Source of the DNA: Phycisphaerae bacterium
GTDB lineage: Bacteria > Planctomycetota > Phycisphaerae > UBA1845
NCBI GenBank assembly: GCA_020056715.1
Contig: JAGVHG010000057.1
Span: forward strand, 1,256-65,255
Length of the DNA stretch: 64,000 nt
Direction: 5' to 3'
Positions within the stretch are counted from its first letter, which is position 1; every line of letters begins with the position of its first letter. Below the pieces are notes generated by a model, which worked only from the letters and a program-made list of their open reading frames with translations, was not told where the DNA came from and searched no databases. Below are positions 9,554-18,167 of this stretch, piece after piece. The position numbers and the translations under genes were made by a program.

Positions 9554-9745
9554 GTCCCGTAGGGACGACCGAACATAGCCCAGCACTTCAGTGCTGGGTT
9601 TCTGATCGCCGCACGGCACAAAGTCCCGTAGGGACGACTGAGCGTTATTCAGTTTTTCAATCGTCCCTACGGGACTTAAGGTTTCATCCGGTATCTTCCC
9701 CAGCGTTGAAACGCTGGGCTATTCTCGTACCGTGCCTACGGCACG
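9554..9745. repeat. Cluster of six small palindromic (REP-like) hairpins
   Basis: Small palindromes: gtcccgtagggac (9554, 9623), gtccctacgggac (9663), cccagcacttcagtgctggg (9579), cccagcgttgaaacgctggg (9698), cgtgcctacggcacg (9731). Positions 9623-9637 and 9661-9675 form a perfect 15-bp inverted repeat. Confidence 0.85.
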
Positions 9746-9838
9746 AATCCAGGCTCGTTGCCGTCTCGAGCCGAATGGGTTTCCATGTCGATACGAGTAA
9801 TCCTTTCCGCGGTTCTACGTAGAGGAACTTTTTGCGTG

Positions 9839-10462
9839 ATGAGCAACCCAGGAATCGCATTCTCCGCCGCATGGGTGGTGACGCTATGCGCACTGGGATC
9901 GGACCCGTCGCGGAACGCGGAGCCCCCACCTGCGGCGCCTCCGCCCGCGCCTGCGCGCCCCGCGGACGAAAAACCCAAGGATGAGAAGAAGCCCGACACG
10001 GGAACGGGCCCCTCGGATGACAAAAAGGACGACAAGAAAAGAAACGATCCCGCAACGGCGACTTCCGAGCCGCAACCCCGCAAACTCGTTGTGGTCGTCT
10101 CCAAAGAAAACCCCTCGGATTCTCTGCGCGAGGACGAGCTGCGGCGGATCTTTCTCCGCGAAGTCGCACACTGGAAGGACAACGAAAACATCTCTGTGTT
10201 CGAGCGCCCCGCCGACAGCCCCATAGGACTGCAATTCTCGCAGTGGGTCCTCAAGAAAACGGCGGAGGAGCTAAAGGACTATTGGATTAAGCTGCAAATT
10301 ACGCGAGGGATGAAGCCCCCGAAAGTCCTCCGCTCGGCCAGTATGGTGAAGGAATATCTACAACGGGTGCGCGGCGGAATCGGCTACCTATATGAGGACG
10401 AGGTTGATGAGTACGTCAAAGTCCTTGTGATCACGGATCGAAAGGATGAGGATGGGTCGTAA
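9839..10462 (+). CDS. Secreted PBP-like (phosphate/phosphonate-binding-type) domain protein with Lys/Asp/Pro-rich linker
   Basis: Signal-like MSNPGIAFSAAWVVTLCALGS. The C-terminal domain VVVVSKENPSDSL...ELRRIFLREVAHW...ADSPIG...YLYEDEVDEYVKVL resembles periplasmic binding domains. Start uncertain (alternative ATG 9785). Confidence 0.5.
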   Translation: MSNPGIAFSAAWVVTLCALGSDPSRNAEPPPAAPPPAPARPADEKPKDEKKPDTGTGPSDDKKDDKKRNDPATATSEPQPRKLVVVVSKENPSDSLREDELRRIFLREVAHWKDNENISVFERPADSPIGLQFSQWVLKKTAEELKDYWIKLQITRGMKPPKVLRSASMVKEYLQRVRGGIGYLYEDEVDEYVKVLVITDRKDEDGS

Positions 10463-10477
10463 GAGTATATCCTCAAA

Positions 10478-10556
10478 CCCCCTCACCCTGCCCTCTCCCC
10501 CGAAGCGGGGGAGAGGGTTTGGAACCCCTCTCCCCGAAGCGGGGGAGAAGGGTTTG
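10478..10556. repeat. Two tandem hairpins of the ccctctcccc..ggggagaggg REP family
   Basis: ccctcaccctgccctctcccccgaagcgggggagagggtttgg followed by aacccctctccccgaagcgggggagaagggtttgg. Related copies at 46097-46135 and 56206-56240. Confidence 0.85.
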
Positions 10557-13500
10557 GTGACGCACTCTAAGCGTCAACCGACGAGTTGGTCAGGCTCGCT
10601 GCTCCTGGCCAGCCTCATCCTCGTCGTTATGGCGGGAGCAAACTACTTCGTCTACCGGCATGGTCGGCAAATCGTGCTCGCGGAAACCGAAGCACGCTTG
10701 CAGCGGCAACTAACCTACAACGCCACGATGGTGGAAGAGTCGATCGCCAAACATGTCAAGGAAGCGTCGTCGTGGGCTAAACAACCCATCATGGCGAGGG
10801 TGCTCGACGATGACAAGGACCATGAGATCGCAGAGCTTCTGGACGCCTTGGCCCGCCACGACCCATCCTTGCGGGAGCTGAGCTGCATCAACCGGGAGGG
10901 GGTGGTGCTTGCTTCGACCAACCCATCCATGCTGAGCAAAACGGATCCCTCGTCTGCAGCGCTAGTTCCGCGGTTCGAAGAGGGCCTACGCTACTCGATC
11001 GTGAACCAAGGGCAGGAATGGATCTTCCGCGCGCCGCTGCTTGTCGAGTTTGACCGAATGGAGGTGATCGGCGTTCTGCAGGTGGTCGACCTAGACGCCG
11101 GACTTATTCACGCTGGGACCCAATGGTGGACGGGGCTTGTAACGGCATCGGGAGATATCCTGTTCGAGCAGGGGGTGCCGGTGGGGCATCGCTGGCCGCT
11201 GGAGGCCGCTGCAACGGATCCGTCGAACCCGGAAGGCGTGATGACGCAAACGTTGCCCATCGCATTGCCGCCCGGCGGGGAAGGCCCGGAGTGCTTCCTG
11301 GCTATAGCCGAGCGGTACGACACTCTGTTTGCTCCGGTGCGCGTCCTCTGCGCCATGTTCGTCTGGACCACGGCAGGCTCATCGTTTGTGGTCATCCTGT
11401 TAATCACCATTTTTGCCCGTCGCCGTCATCTGCTGTTGCTGCAGTTGGAAGAGAGTGCCGCCCGGACGCAGAATATTCTCGACTCGGCCCTGGACGTGAT
11501 CATCAGCATGGACGCAGGCGGCGTCATCACCACCTGGAACCCGCAGGCCGAAAAGGTGTTCGGCTGGACGGCCGACGAGGCCGTGGGTCGCAAGCTGGCT
11601 GAGACCATCATTCCCGAACGCTTACGCGATGCGCACCTGGCGGCGCTGGGCCGCTCCCTGCAAACCGGCGAAGGACGCGTGCTGAACAAGCGAGTCGAGC
11701 TGTCCGCGCTTCACCGGGACGGCCACGAGTTCCCCGTTGAAATCAGCCTCTCGGCGGTTTCCTCCGCCGGCGGGTACACGTTCAACGGTTTCCTGCGGGA
11801 CATCACCGAACGGTTGCGACAGGAACAGGAACTGCGCAAGCTATCGCAGGTGGTCGAGCACACGTCCGCTTCCGTCATAATCACGGATATGGAGGGGCGG
11901 ATCGAGATCGTCAACCAGGCGTTCGTGGACATCACCGGGTACACCCCCGAGGAAGTCAAGGGGAAGAACCCCCGTTTCCTCAAATCCGGCCTGACACCCG
12001 CGCGGACCTATGGCGAGATGTGGAATGAGTTGTCGGCGGGACGGAACTGGCGAGGGGAGCTGCACAACCGCGGGAAGAACGGTGAACTGTTCTGGGTCCT
12101 GTCGGCCATCTCCCCCGTGCAGGATGCACAGGGTAAGACCACGCACTACGTGTCGGTGCAAGAAGACATCACGGTGCGGAAGCAGATGGAGGACGACCTT
12201 CGATCCGCCGCGCGCACGGACAAGCTCACCGGCCTGCCCAACCGGGCGCTCCTCCTGGATCGTCTGCAGCACTCAATTGAACGCGCCAAGCGTCTGCCCG
12301 AATACTACTTTGCGGTCATGTTCCTGGACTTTGATCGCTTCAAGCTCGTCAACGACAGCCTGGGGCATGATGTCGGCGATCTGCTCCTTCGGGCGATCGC
12401 CGCGCGGCTCCGGGATAGCCTGCGGACCGGCGATTCGATGAGCCGCGATGCGGAAGGCACGTCGGTGGGCCGGTTAGGCGGCGATGAGTTCGTTATTCTC
12501 TTGGATAGCATCAAGAAGCCGGAGGACGCCGCTATGGTGGCCGCCCGATTGCTCAAGGACCTTGAGGCCCCCTATCAACTGGGCGAGCACGAAGTTCACT
12601 CGACGGCGAGCATCGGGATCGTCTGCAGCAATACCCAATACGATAATGCTGAGGACATCCTACGCGACGCCGACACCGCGATGTACGAAGCGAAAACACA
12701 CGGCAAGGCGCGCTTCGTCATGTTCGATGCGGGCATGCAAACGGCCGTTCAGAACCGTCTTCAGCTCGAAAACGACCTGCGGACGGCCATCGACGAGGGC
12801 GCCATAACGCTTGCGGCGGAGGTGGGTGGTCCAGGTTCTTTGTCGGGTGGCCCAGGTCCTTTGGACCTGGGGGAGCCGATGATTTACGCTCCGCGCCATA
12901 CCCACGCATCTTCGCCTCCCCCACCTCCAAAGGAGGTGGGCCACCCAAAGGAGGTGGGCCACGCGCTTGGTTCAGTCCCCCAGCCCAAGGACTGGGGCAC
13001 CCGCGCCCGCACCGACCAATTCTTCCTCGTTTACCAACCGATAGTATCCCTGGAAGATGGGGAACTTCTCGGCGTGGAAGCCCTCGTCCGTTGGGATCAT
13101 CCCACACGCGGGCTGGTCTCGCCGGGCGAGTTCATCCCCATCGCCGAGGAGACGCGGTTGATCCTGCCGCTAAGCAACTGGATCATCGAGCAAGCTTGTG
13201 CCCAGTTCATGAAGTGGCGGCAGCAGGCCCCGGATCGGGCGCCCGCCTACATCAGCGTCAACCTGTCGCGGGTTCAGTTGGCGGAACAGGACCTGGTCGA
13301 GCAGATCGTCCGGATGGTTCAACGGGCGGGGATGGAACCCGGCCAGTTGCAGCTTGAAATGACCGAATCCGGACTCCTCCAGGACCGCAAAGCGGCCAAG
13401 AAGGTCCTTAGAGCACTGAAGGACGCGGGCATTCGTCTGGCGATGGACGACTTCGGCACCGGACAATCTTCGCTATCGTGCCTGCACGAGCTTCCTTTCG

Positions 13501-13784
13501 ACGTGCTCAAGATCGATCAATCGTTTGTCCACAATCTGGAGCGTGGGCGGCAGTTCATCGCTATGGCACGTACGGTCGTCACGCTGGCCGAGAATCTGGG
13601 CATGACCTGCGTGGCCGAGGGCGTTGAGAACCGCGCTCAGATCGCTGCGCTGCAGTCCATGGGCTGCGCTTGTGCCCAAGGGTATTACTTTGGCAAGCCC
13701 ATGTCGGCAGAGGCCTTGATCGATGGGAAGTGGATCGAGGGGTGTCATTTCACGGGAAAAGAGACATCGAGGCTCATGGTGTAA
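10557..13784 (+). CDS. Membrane sensor with periplasmic domain, two PAS domains, GGDEF diguanylate cyclase and EAL phosphodiesterase
   Basis: RLGGDEFVILL (GGDEF). EALVRW, QLEMTES and DDFGTGQSS (EAL). PAS-like segments around 11.45-12.2 kb. The tracked ORF starts at 10446 inside the REP element, so a GTG 10557 / TTG 10554 start is inferred. Confidence 0.88.
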   Translation: MTHSKRQPTSWSGSLLLASLILVVMAGANYFVYRHGRQIVLAETEARLQRQLTYNATMVEESIAKHVKEASSWAKQPIMARVLDDDKDHEIAELLDALARHDPSLRELSCINREGVVLASTNPSMLSKTDPSSAALVPRFEEGLRYSIVNQGQEWIFRAPLLVEFDRMEVIGVLQVVDLDAGLIHAGTQWWTGLVTASGDILFEQGVPVGHRWPLEAAATDPSNPEGVMTQTLPIALPPGGEGPECFLAIAERYDTLFAPVRVLCAMFVWTTAGSSFVVILLITIFARRRHLLLLQLEESAARTQNILDSALDVIISMDAGGVITTWNPQAEKVFGWTADEAVGRKLAETIIPERLRDAHLAALGRSLQTGEGRVLNKRVELSALHRDGHEFPVEISLSAVSSAGGYTFNGFLRDITERLRQEQELRKLSQVVEHTSASVIITDMEGRIEIVNQAFVDITGYTPEEVKGKNPRFLKSGLTPARTYGEMWNELSAGRNWRGELHNRGKNGELFWVLSAISPVQDAQGKTTHYVSVQEDITVRKQMEDDLRSAARTDKLTGLPNRALLLDRLQHSIERAKRLPEYYFAVMFLDFDRFKLVNDSLGHDVGDLLLRAIAARLRDSLRTGDSMSRDAEGTSVGRLGGDEFVILLDSIKKPEDAAMVAARLLKDLEAPYQLGEHEVHSTASIGIVCSNTQYDNAEDILRDADTAMYEAKTHGKARFVMFDAGMQTAVQNRLQLENDLRTAIDEGAITLAAEVGGPGSLSGGPGPLDLGEPMIYAPRHTHASSPPPPPKEVGHPKEVGHALGSVPQPKDWGTRARTDQFFLVYQPIVSLEDGELLGVEALVRWDHPTRGLVSPGEFIPIAEETRLILPLSNWIIEQACAQFMKWRQQAPDRAPAYISVNLSRVQLAEQDLVEQIVRMVQRAGMEPGQLQLEMTESGLLQDRKAAKKVLRALKDAGIRLAMDDFGTGQSSLSCLHELPFDVLKIDQSFVHNLERGRQFIAMARTVVTLAENLGMTCVAEGVENRAQIAALQSMGCACAQGYYFGKPMSAEALIDGKWIEGCHFTGKETSRLMV
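12803..13017. repeat. In-frame palindromic insertion in the GGDEF-EAL linker
   Basis: Left arm ggtggtccaggttctttg + ggtggcccaggtcctttgg (12826-12865). Right arm ccaaaggaggtgggccac x2 (12927-12962). The arms are imperfect inverted repeats. The element adds about 70 low-complexity residues between AIDEG and QFFLVYQPIV. Confidence 0.75.
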
Positions 13785-13833
13785 GAGCCACTAACAGAAC
13801 CGGGCGGGAGAGCGACCGGACAATCAGAGCTAC

Positions 13834-13907
13834 AGGCGGCGGTGGGATTCGAACCCACGAATAACGGATTTGCAATCCGTCCCCTTAGTCCACTTGGGTA
13901 CGCCGCC
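13834..13907 (-). tRNA. tRNA-Cys (anticodon GCA)
   Basis: Reverse complement is GGCGGCG..ACGGA-TTGCAAA-TCCGT..GTGGGTTCGAATCCCAC-CGCCGCC-T. 74 nt. Confidence 0.9.
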
Positions 13908-13997
13908 GGACTTCAGCCACAAACGCCCCGATCACGCCCAACGATGGAGCGGTGCTGGGGGGCTACCTATACCGGAACGCGCCAACGCAGGCAAGTC

Positions 13998-14996
13998 TCA
14001 ACTGCGGTTCTCGAACAGGTTGGAGAGCTTGCCGATCAACGACCCCTCATCCTTACCGCCGCGCGGTCCGAGGTTGGCAAGGATACGACCGGCCAGCCGC
14101 GTGAACGGAAGCGACTGGATCCAGATCGTCCCCGGCCCGCGGAGCGTCGCCAGGAACAACCCCTCACCGCCGAAGATCGAATTCTTGATCCCGCCGGTCA
14201 TCTGGATGTCGTAATCCACGGAGGGTTGAAGGGCGACGAGGCATCCCGTGTCGAGTCGTAAGGTTTCCCCTGAAGCAAGCTCGCGTCGCTGGATCGTTCC
14301 GCCGGCATGAACGAACGCCAGGCCGTCACCCGTCAGCCGCTGCAAGATGAATCCCTCGCCGCCGAACAATCCGGCGAGGATTTTCTTCTGAAAGGCGATG
14401 CCGATCTGCACCCCGCGTGCCGCGCAGAGGAAGGCGTCCTTCTGACAAATCAACTCGCCGCCGAGTTCGTCGAGGTGCATGGGGATGATCTTCCCCGGAT
14501 ACGGGGCCGCAAAGGCGACCTGTTCCCGCTTGTTGCTCACCGCGCCGAACGTGGTGAGGAACAGCGATTCGCCGGTGACCATCCGCTTGCCCGCATCGAC
14601 GAGCTTGCCGAGGAAGCCTTGCTCCTTGCTGGGATCGCCGAAGACAGTCTGCATCTCGATGCCCTCGGACATGTACATCATGCCCCCGGCCTCCGCGACC
14701 ACGACCTCGCCGGGATCGAGCGTGACCTCCACGAACTGCATGTCGTCGCCGAAGATTTCGTAGTCAATCTCATCCGCGCGGCGACCGGACGGCGGACGTG
14801 GCGGCGCCGCGGCGTGCGTCGCCCCGCTTCCGAGTGACACAACGTGCCTGGCCTCGGTCCACTCGCTCACCCCCGGTCCCCACACCATCGTCGCCGGCCC
14901 GTCCGCTGCGGGGATCGCCTTAACCAATTCCTCCCGCGGCATCGGCCCGACCGTCTGACCGTTCTTTACGTAATACCAACCACCGTCATCGGACAT
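13998..14996 (-). CDS. AIM24 / TIGR00266-family protein with N-terminal GYF_2-like domain
   Basis: MSDDGGWYYVKNGQTVGPM...VWGPGVSEWTEA (GYF_2-like), then EIDYEIFGDDMQFVEVTLDPGEVVVAEAGGMMYM (AIM24-like). ATG at 14996. Confidence 0.7.
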   Translation of the reverse strand: MSDDGGWYYVKNGQTVGPMPREELVKAIPAADGPATMVWGPGVSEWTEARHVVSLGSGATHAAAPPRPPSGRRADEIDYEIFGDDMQFVEVTLDPGEVVVAEAGGMMYMSEGIEMQTVFGDPSKEQGFLGKLVDAGKRMVTGESLFLTTFGAVSNKREQVAFAAPYPGKIIPMHLDELGGELICQKDAFLCAARGVQIGIAFQKKILAGLFGGEGFILQRLTGDGLAFVHAGGTIQRRELASGETLRLDTGCLVALQPSVDYDIQMTGGIKNSIFGGEGLFLATLRGPGTIWIQSLPFTRLAGRILANLGPRGGKDEGSLIGKLSNLFENRS

Positions 14997-15045
14997 CAGC
15001 TTGTCTCCTTCGTATGGCGGGCTATGCCCGCCGAAAAAGTATACC

Positions 15046-15504
15046 TCAACGACGATCCGGCATCTTGCCCAGGCGCATGTACGTGACTTGCGCGACCGCA
15101 ACTTGCGTTCCCTTGGCGTCGAACAAGTCGATGGCCACCGGACACAGCGTGCGTCCAAGCTTAATGACTCTCGCAACCACCGTAACGTCCGTCAGGCACG
15201 GGGCGAGAAAGCGGATGTTCATGTCGGTAGTCGTCAGCGGCTCGTCAGGGCCGGTGTGGGTCATGATCGCAAAACAGGCGATGCTGTCCGCGACGGTCAT
15301 TAGCAAACCGCCATGAAAGGACTCAAAGATCCCGTCGTAGCGCACGTCGTGCGGGACGACGGCCTTGCAGTAGCCCTCGCTGAACTCCTCGACGCGCATG
15401 CTCAGCGTCTCGAATATCGGTATTCTTCGGACCCGCGTGAGCAGCGCCTGTTTGGATCGTTCATCGAGCAGATTCATTTCACTTTCCTCGCCTGGGTGCC
15501 CCAC
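15046..15504 (-). CDS. PaaI-family hotdog-fold thioesterase
   Basis: FHGGLLMTVADSIACFA motif. 152 aa. Confidence 0.7.
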   Translation of the reverse strand: MGHPGEESEMNLLDERSKQALLTRVRRIPIFETLSMRVEEFSEGYCKAVVPHDVRYDGIFESFHGGLLMTVADSIACFAIMTHTGPDEPLTTTDMNIRFLAPCLTDVTVVARVIKLGRTLCPVAIDLFDAKGTQVAVAQVTYMRLGKMPDRR

Positions 15505-15649
15505 TCCTTGGGGTGGGAGACGGAGTATAGCGGACTCTTACTCACCGTCTCCATAACCGGCCCCATAACCGTTCGGCAATCTTTTCGTCGCCCTCCAGGT
15601 ATCGTACCTAAGAGGTAGATACGAGTCCTTCGATGGATGGAGGCGGGGT

Positions 15650-16045
15650 ATGAACACTGCGGAAATTTGTGCGTTGACCGAGCAATCGATCGGTGAACTC
15701 TTGGCCAAACGGCAATCGTGGGCCTCTCGTGCCGACGCCAGCGGCCGACGCCGCACGATGCGTTGGCCTTTCCCCGGAACCGTTGAACTGTGGATCCCCG
15801 ACGAAGATGGGGGCGAGCACTATGACCTCGCGACTTCGATCAACCTCAGCATGGACGGAATCGGTATTCGCGCCAACGAGGAGCTTCGCCCCGGCCTGCA
15901 ACTCGCCATCGCCATCCACGAGCCGGAGATGAGCTTCCATGGCCAGGCCGTGGTGCGCCATTGCACCGAGATCGACAATGGTTCCTACATCCTCGGCTTG
16001 CAATTCGTCTACGACAAGAACCACGATAAAGACTGTAGGCCATAG
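15650..16045 (+). CDS. PilZ-domain protein (c-di-GMP receptor type)
   Basis: RRRTMR ... NLSMDGIG fits the RxxxR ... (D/N)xSxxG PilZ signature. Confidence 0.65.
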   Translation: MNTAEICALTEQSIGELLAKRQSWASRADASGRRRTMRWPFPGTVELWIPDEDGGEHYDLATSINLSMDGIGIRANEELRPGLQLAIAIHEPEMSFHGQAVVRHCTEIDNGSYILGLQFVYDKNHDKDCRP

Positions 16046-16078
16046 GCTCTAGGCTGCAGGCGCGGAGGCACGAAGGAT

Positions 16079-16160
16079 CAGAGCCGCGGGCAGAATGAAA
16101 TCCCGGCGCGCCGGGAGCCCGCGGACACCCCTTGTCACCAGGCTCGCGCCTGGTGCTCTG
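16079..16160. repeat. REP-like element, second copy of the 7026-7087 family, with an extra cccggcgcgccggg hairpin
   Basis: cagagccgcgggc..tcccggcgcgccggga..gcggacaccccttgtcaccaggctcgcgcctggtgctctga. Confidence 0.8.
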
Positions 16161-16208
16161 AACAATCGCAATGCTATGAATGTCGATTGACCGTCGGATC
16201 GCAGTGCG

Positions 16209-17786
16209 TCACGGGGCGGTGAAGACAAGCTGAAACGCCGCGAAGTCGAGCAAGTCCACGGTTAAGTCGGCGTTGAAATCGAACGCCTCGCAGACAGCGG
16301 CGTGTGGCACTGCTGTGTCAGCAGTGGCGGAGGGATCCGTCATGCACGCCGACCAGTTGGCGAAATCGGTCAGGTCCACCGCTTGATCGCAGTCATAATC
16401 CCCGATGCCGAATTCGTAGGCTCCCATATCCACCCGCCCGCACAGCACCCGCGCGTGCCCCTCGAGATCGGTCTCTCCGGGCTTAGCGACAAACCCAGGA
16501 TCGCCCGCGTCGTTGCAAGGCGACCCCGCTCGGAGTCGCAGGTCGCCGTAGTCGTCATCCACACCGTCCCACGATCCGTCAGGCCCAGGGTCCGGCGAAC
16601 GCACGAACATGGGGTCCAGATTGATATTCCCGCCGCCGTCGACCGCCCCGACCGGTAATCCGCCCTGTACGTCGCTGAAGCGGAAGGTGGGCGCAGATAC
16701 ATAGCGGTTCACGATCTCTTGGGGGCTATCGCCCCAAAGAACGCAGTTGGTCACCGTTGGATTGCTCGTGGTGTAGTTGTACAACGCGCCGCCGGACTCG
16801 TTCCCCACGTTGCCGCTGAACGTACAACTGGTAATCTTCGGGTTGCTGTATCCACTGTATATCCCGCCGCCTTGCCAAGCACTATTCCCGCTAAATGTAC
16901 AGTTGATCAGCGTCGAGCTGTCCATGTAATTCGCTATCCCACCGCCGATGTAGGAAGCCGTATTCCCGCTGAACGTACAGTTGGTCATCGTCAGGTTGGT
17001 GCGTTGATTGGAAATCCCACCGCCGGATTCATGGGCCGTATTCCCGCTAAAACTGCAATCGGTAAGCGTCAGGTTGCTGTGGGAGTTGTGCATCCCACCG
17101 CCGGAGTACAGGGTAGTGTTCCCTTCGAATGTGCAGTTGGCCACCGTTGGGCTGCTGCCAGAATTCAACATCGCGCCGCCATAGCTGCCCACGTTGCCGC
17201 TGAACGCACAATGAGTCACCGTCGGGTTGCTGCCGTAGTTGTACATCCCGGCGCCGTCGCCGCCCAAATTATCGCTGAACGTGCAGTTGGTCACCGTCGG
17301 GCTGCTGTCATCATTGTACATCCCCCCACCCGTGAAGAAGTTCGTGTTCCCGCTGAAGGTGCAGTTCGTAACGGTAGGGCTGCTGTTCGCGTTGTACATC
17401 CCGCCGCCGTACCTGACTCCGGACTGAGCCTCATACGTTCCCGTTCCGCCAGTGATTGTGAAACCATCCAGAATGGTCTCCGGGCCTTCACTGCTGACGC
17501 AGGTGACGACGCTGCCGCCGATGCCGGTGGCGTCGATCGTGGTCACGTCTGCTCCACCGGAGCTGCGCAGGGTGATCGCCTTGCCGAGGAAGTTGATCGT
17601 CTCGTGGTACGTCCCCGGAGCTGCGACGCACTCATCGACACCGCTGACTGCCGCGTCGATGCACGCCTGGATGGTGGGATAATCGGCGGGGACGTTGAGG
17701 GTTGCGGCCAGGGAAAGACCCGGCAGACCGATGCTCACCCAGGCCACCGCAGCCATTACCCAACGTCTTGTCTGAAACATTCTCAT
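16209..17786 (-). CDS. Secreted right-handed parallel beta-helix repeat protein with C-terminal dockerin/EF-hand-like repeats
   Basis: Signal peptide. About 10 repeats of NCTFSGNT..GGG(M/I)YN. C-terminal DYDCDQAVDLTDFANW and DFNADLTVDLLDFAAF. Confidence 0.75.
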   Translation of the reverse strand: MRMFQTRRWVMAAVAWVSIGLPGLSLAATLNVPADYPTIQACIDAAVSGVDECVAAPGTYHETINFLGKAITLRSSGGADVTTIDATGIGGSVVTCVSSEGPETILDGFTITGGTGTYEAQSGVRYGGGMYNANSSPTVTNCTFSGNTNFFTGGGMYNDDSSPTVTNCTFSDNLGGDGAGMYNYGSNPTVTHCAFSGNVGSYGGAMLNSGSSPTVANCTFEGNTTLYSGGGMHNSHSNLTLTDCSFSGNTAHESGGGISNQRTNLTMTNCTFSGNTASYIGGGIANYMDSSTLINCTFSGNSAWQGGGIYSGYSNPKITSCTFSGNVGNESGGALYNYTTSNPTVTNCVLWGDSPQEIVNRYVSAPTFRFSDVQGGLPVGAVDGGGNINLDPMFVRSPDPGPDGSWDGVDDDYGDLRLRAGSPCNDAGDPGFVAKPGETDLEGHARVLCGRVDMGAYEFGIGDYDCDQAVDLTDFANWSACMTDPSATADTAVPHAAVCEAFDFNADLTVDLLDFAAFQLVFTAP

Positions 17787-18167
17787 CCCCCCAGTGGCAC
17801 CCGCTACTCTCGCTGTCTGCGGCGCGGCGGTCTATGTACGTGTCCGTAGCCAAGGGTCTCGAGGGCGGCGATGTGCAGGAAAGGGATCAGCGTCCAACGA
17901 TCGGATCGCGGCGCGGCGACGCTCTACGCCGCCATGATCGCGCACATCGCCCAAGGCCGCCTGCCGCCCCGCGACAACCGGATCAAGCCTCGCGTCATCA
18001 AAAGGAAGATGTCCAACTTCCCCAAAAAACGCGCCGAACACTACCACCTCCAACATCCACAAACCTCGTTCGAACAGGCGGTTAGAGTTCTTAAGTGAAC
18101 CGTATTGGGGCTAACCCTTGTCGGGAGGAAAAGGAGTATTCGTGGCCGTGCTCGTTGCGAGAAACGC

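Noticed and set aside
9508-9822. 104-aa ORF (PVGTTEHSPALQCWV...FQSSLRDL...ALKRWAI).
   Set aside because: It is the translation of the REP-like hairpin cluster and has no independent coding evidence.
12660-13107. Minus-strand ORFs (MAHLLWVAHLLWRWG... and others) inside the GGDEF-EAL linker.
   Set aside because: They are repeat-derived translations antisense to a well-supported CDS.
17871-18098. 75-aa ORF (...RIKPRVIKRKMSNFPKKRAEHYH...) that vaguely reminded me of a transposase C-terminal fragment.
   Set aside because: I cannot name a family or a catalytic motif. No inverted repeats or partner ORF are visible, and it may be non-coding. It is left unannotated and would need a profile search against IS databases.
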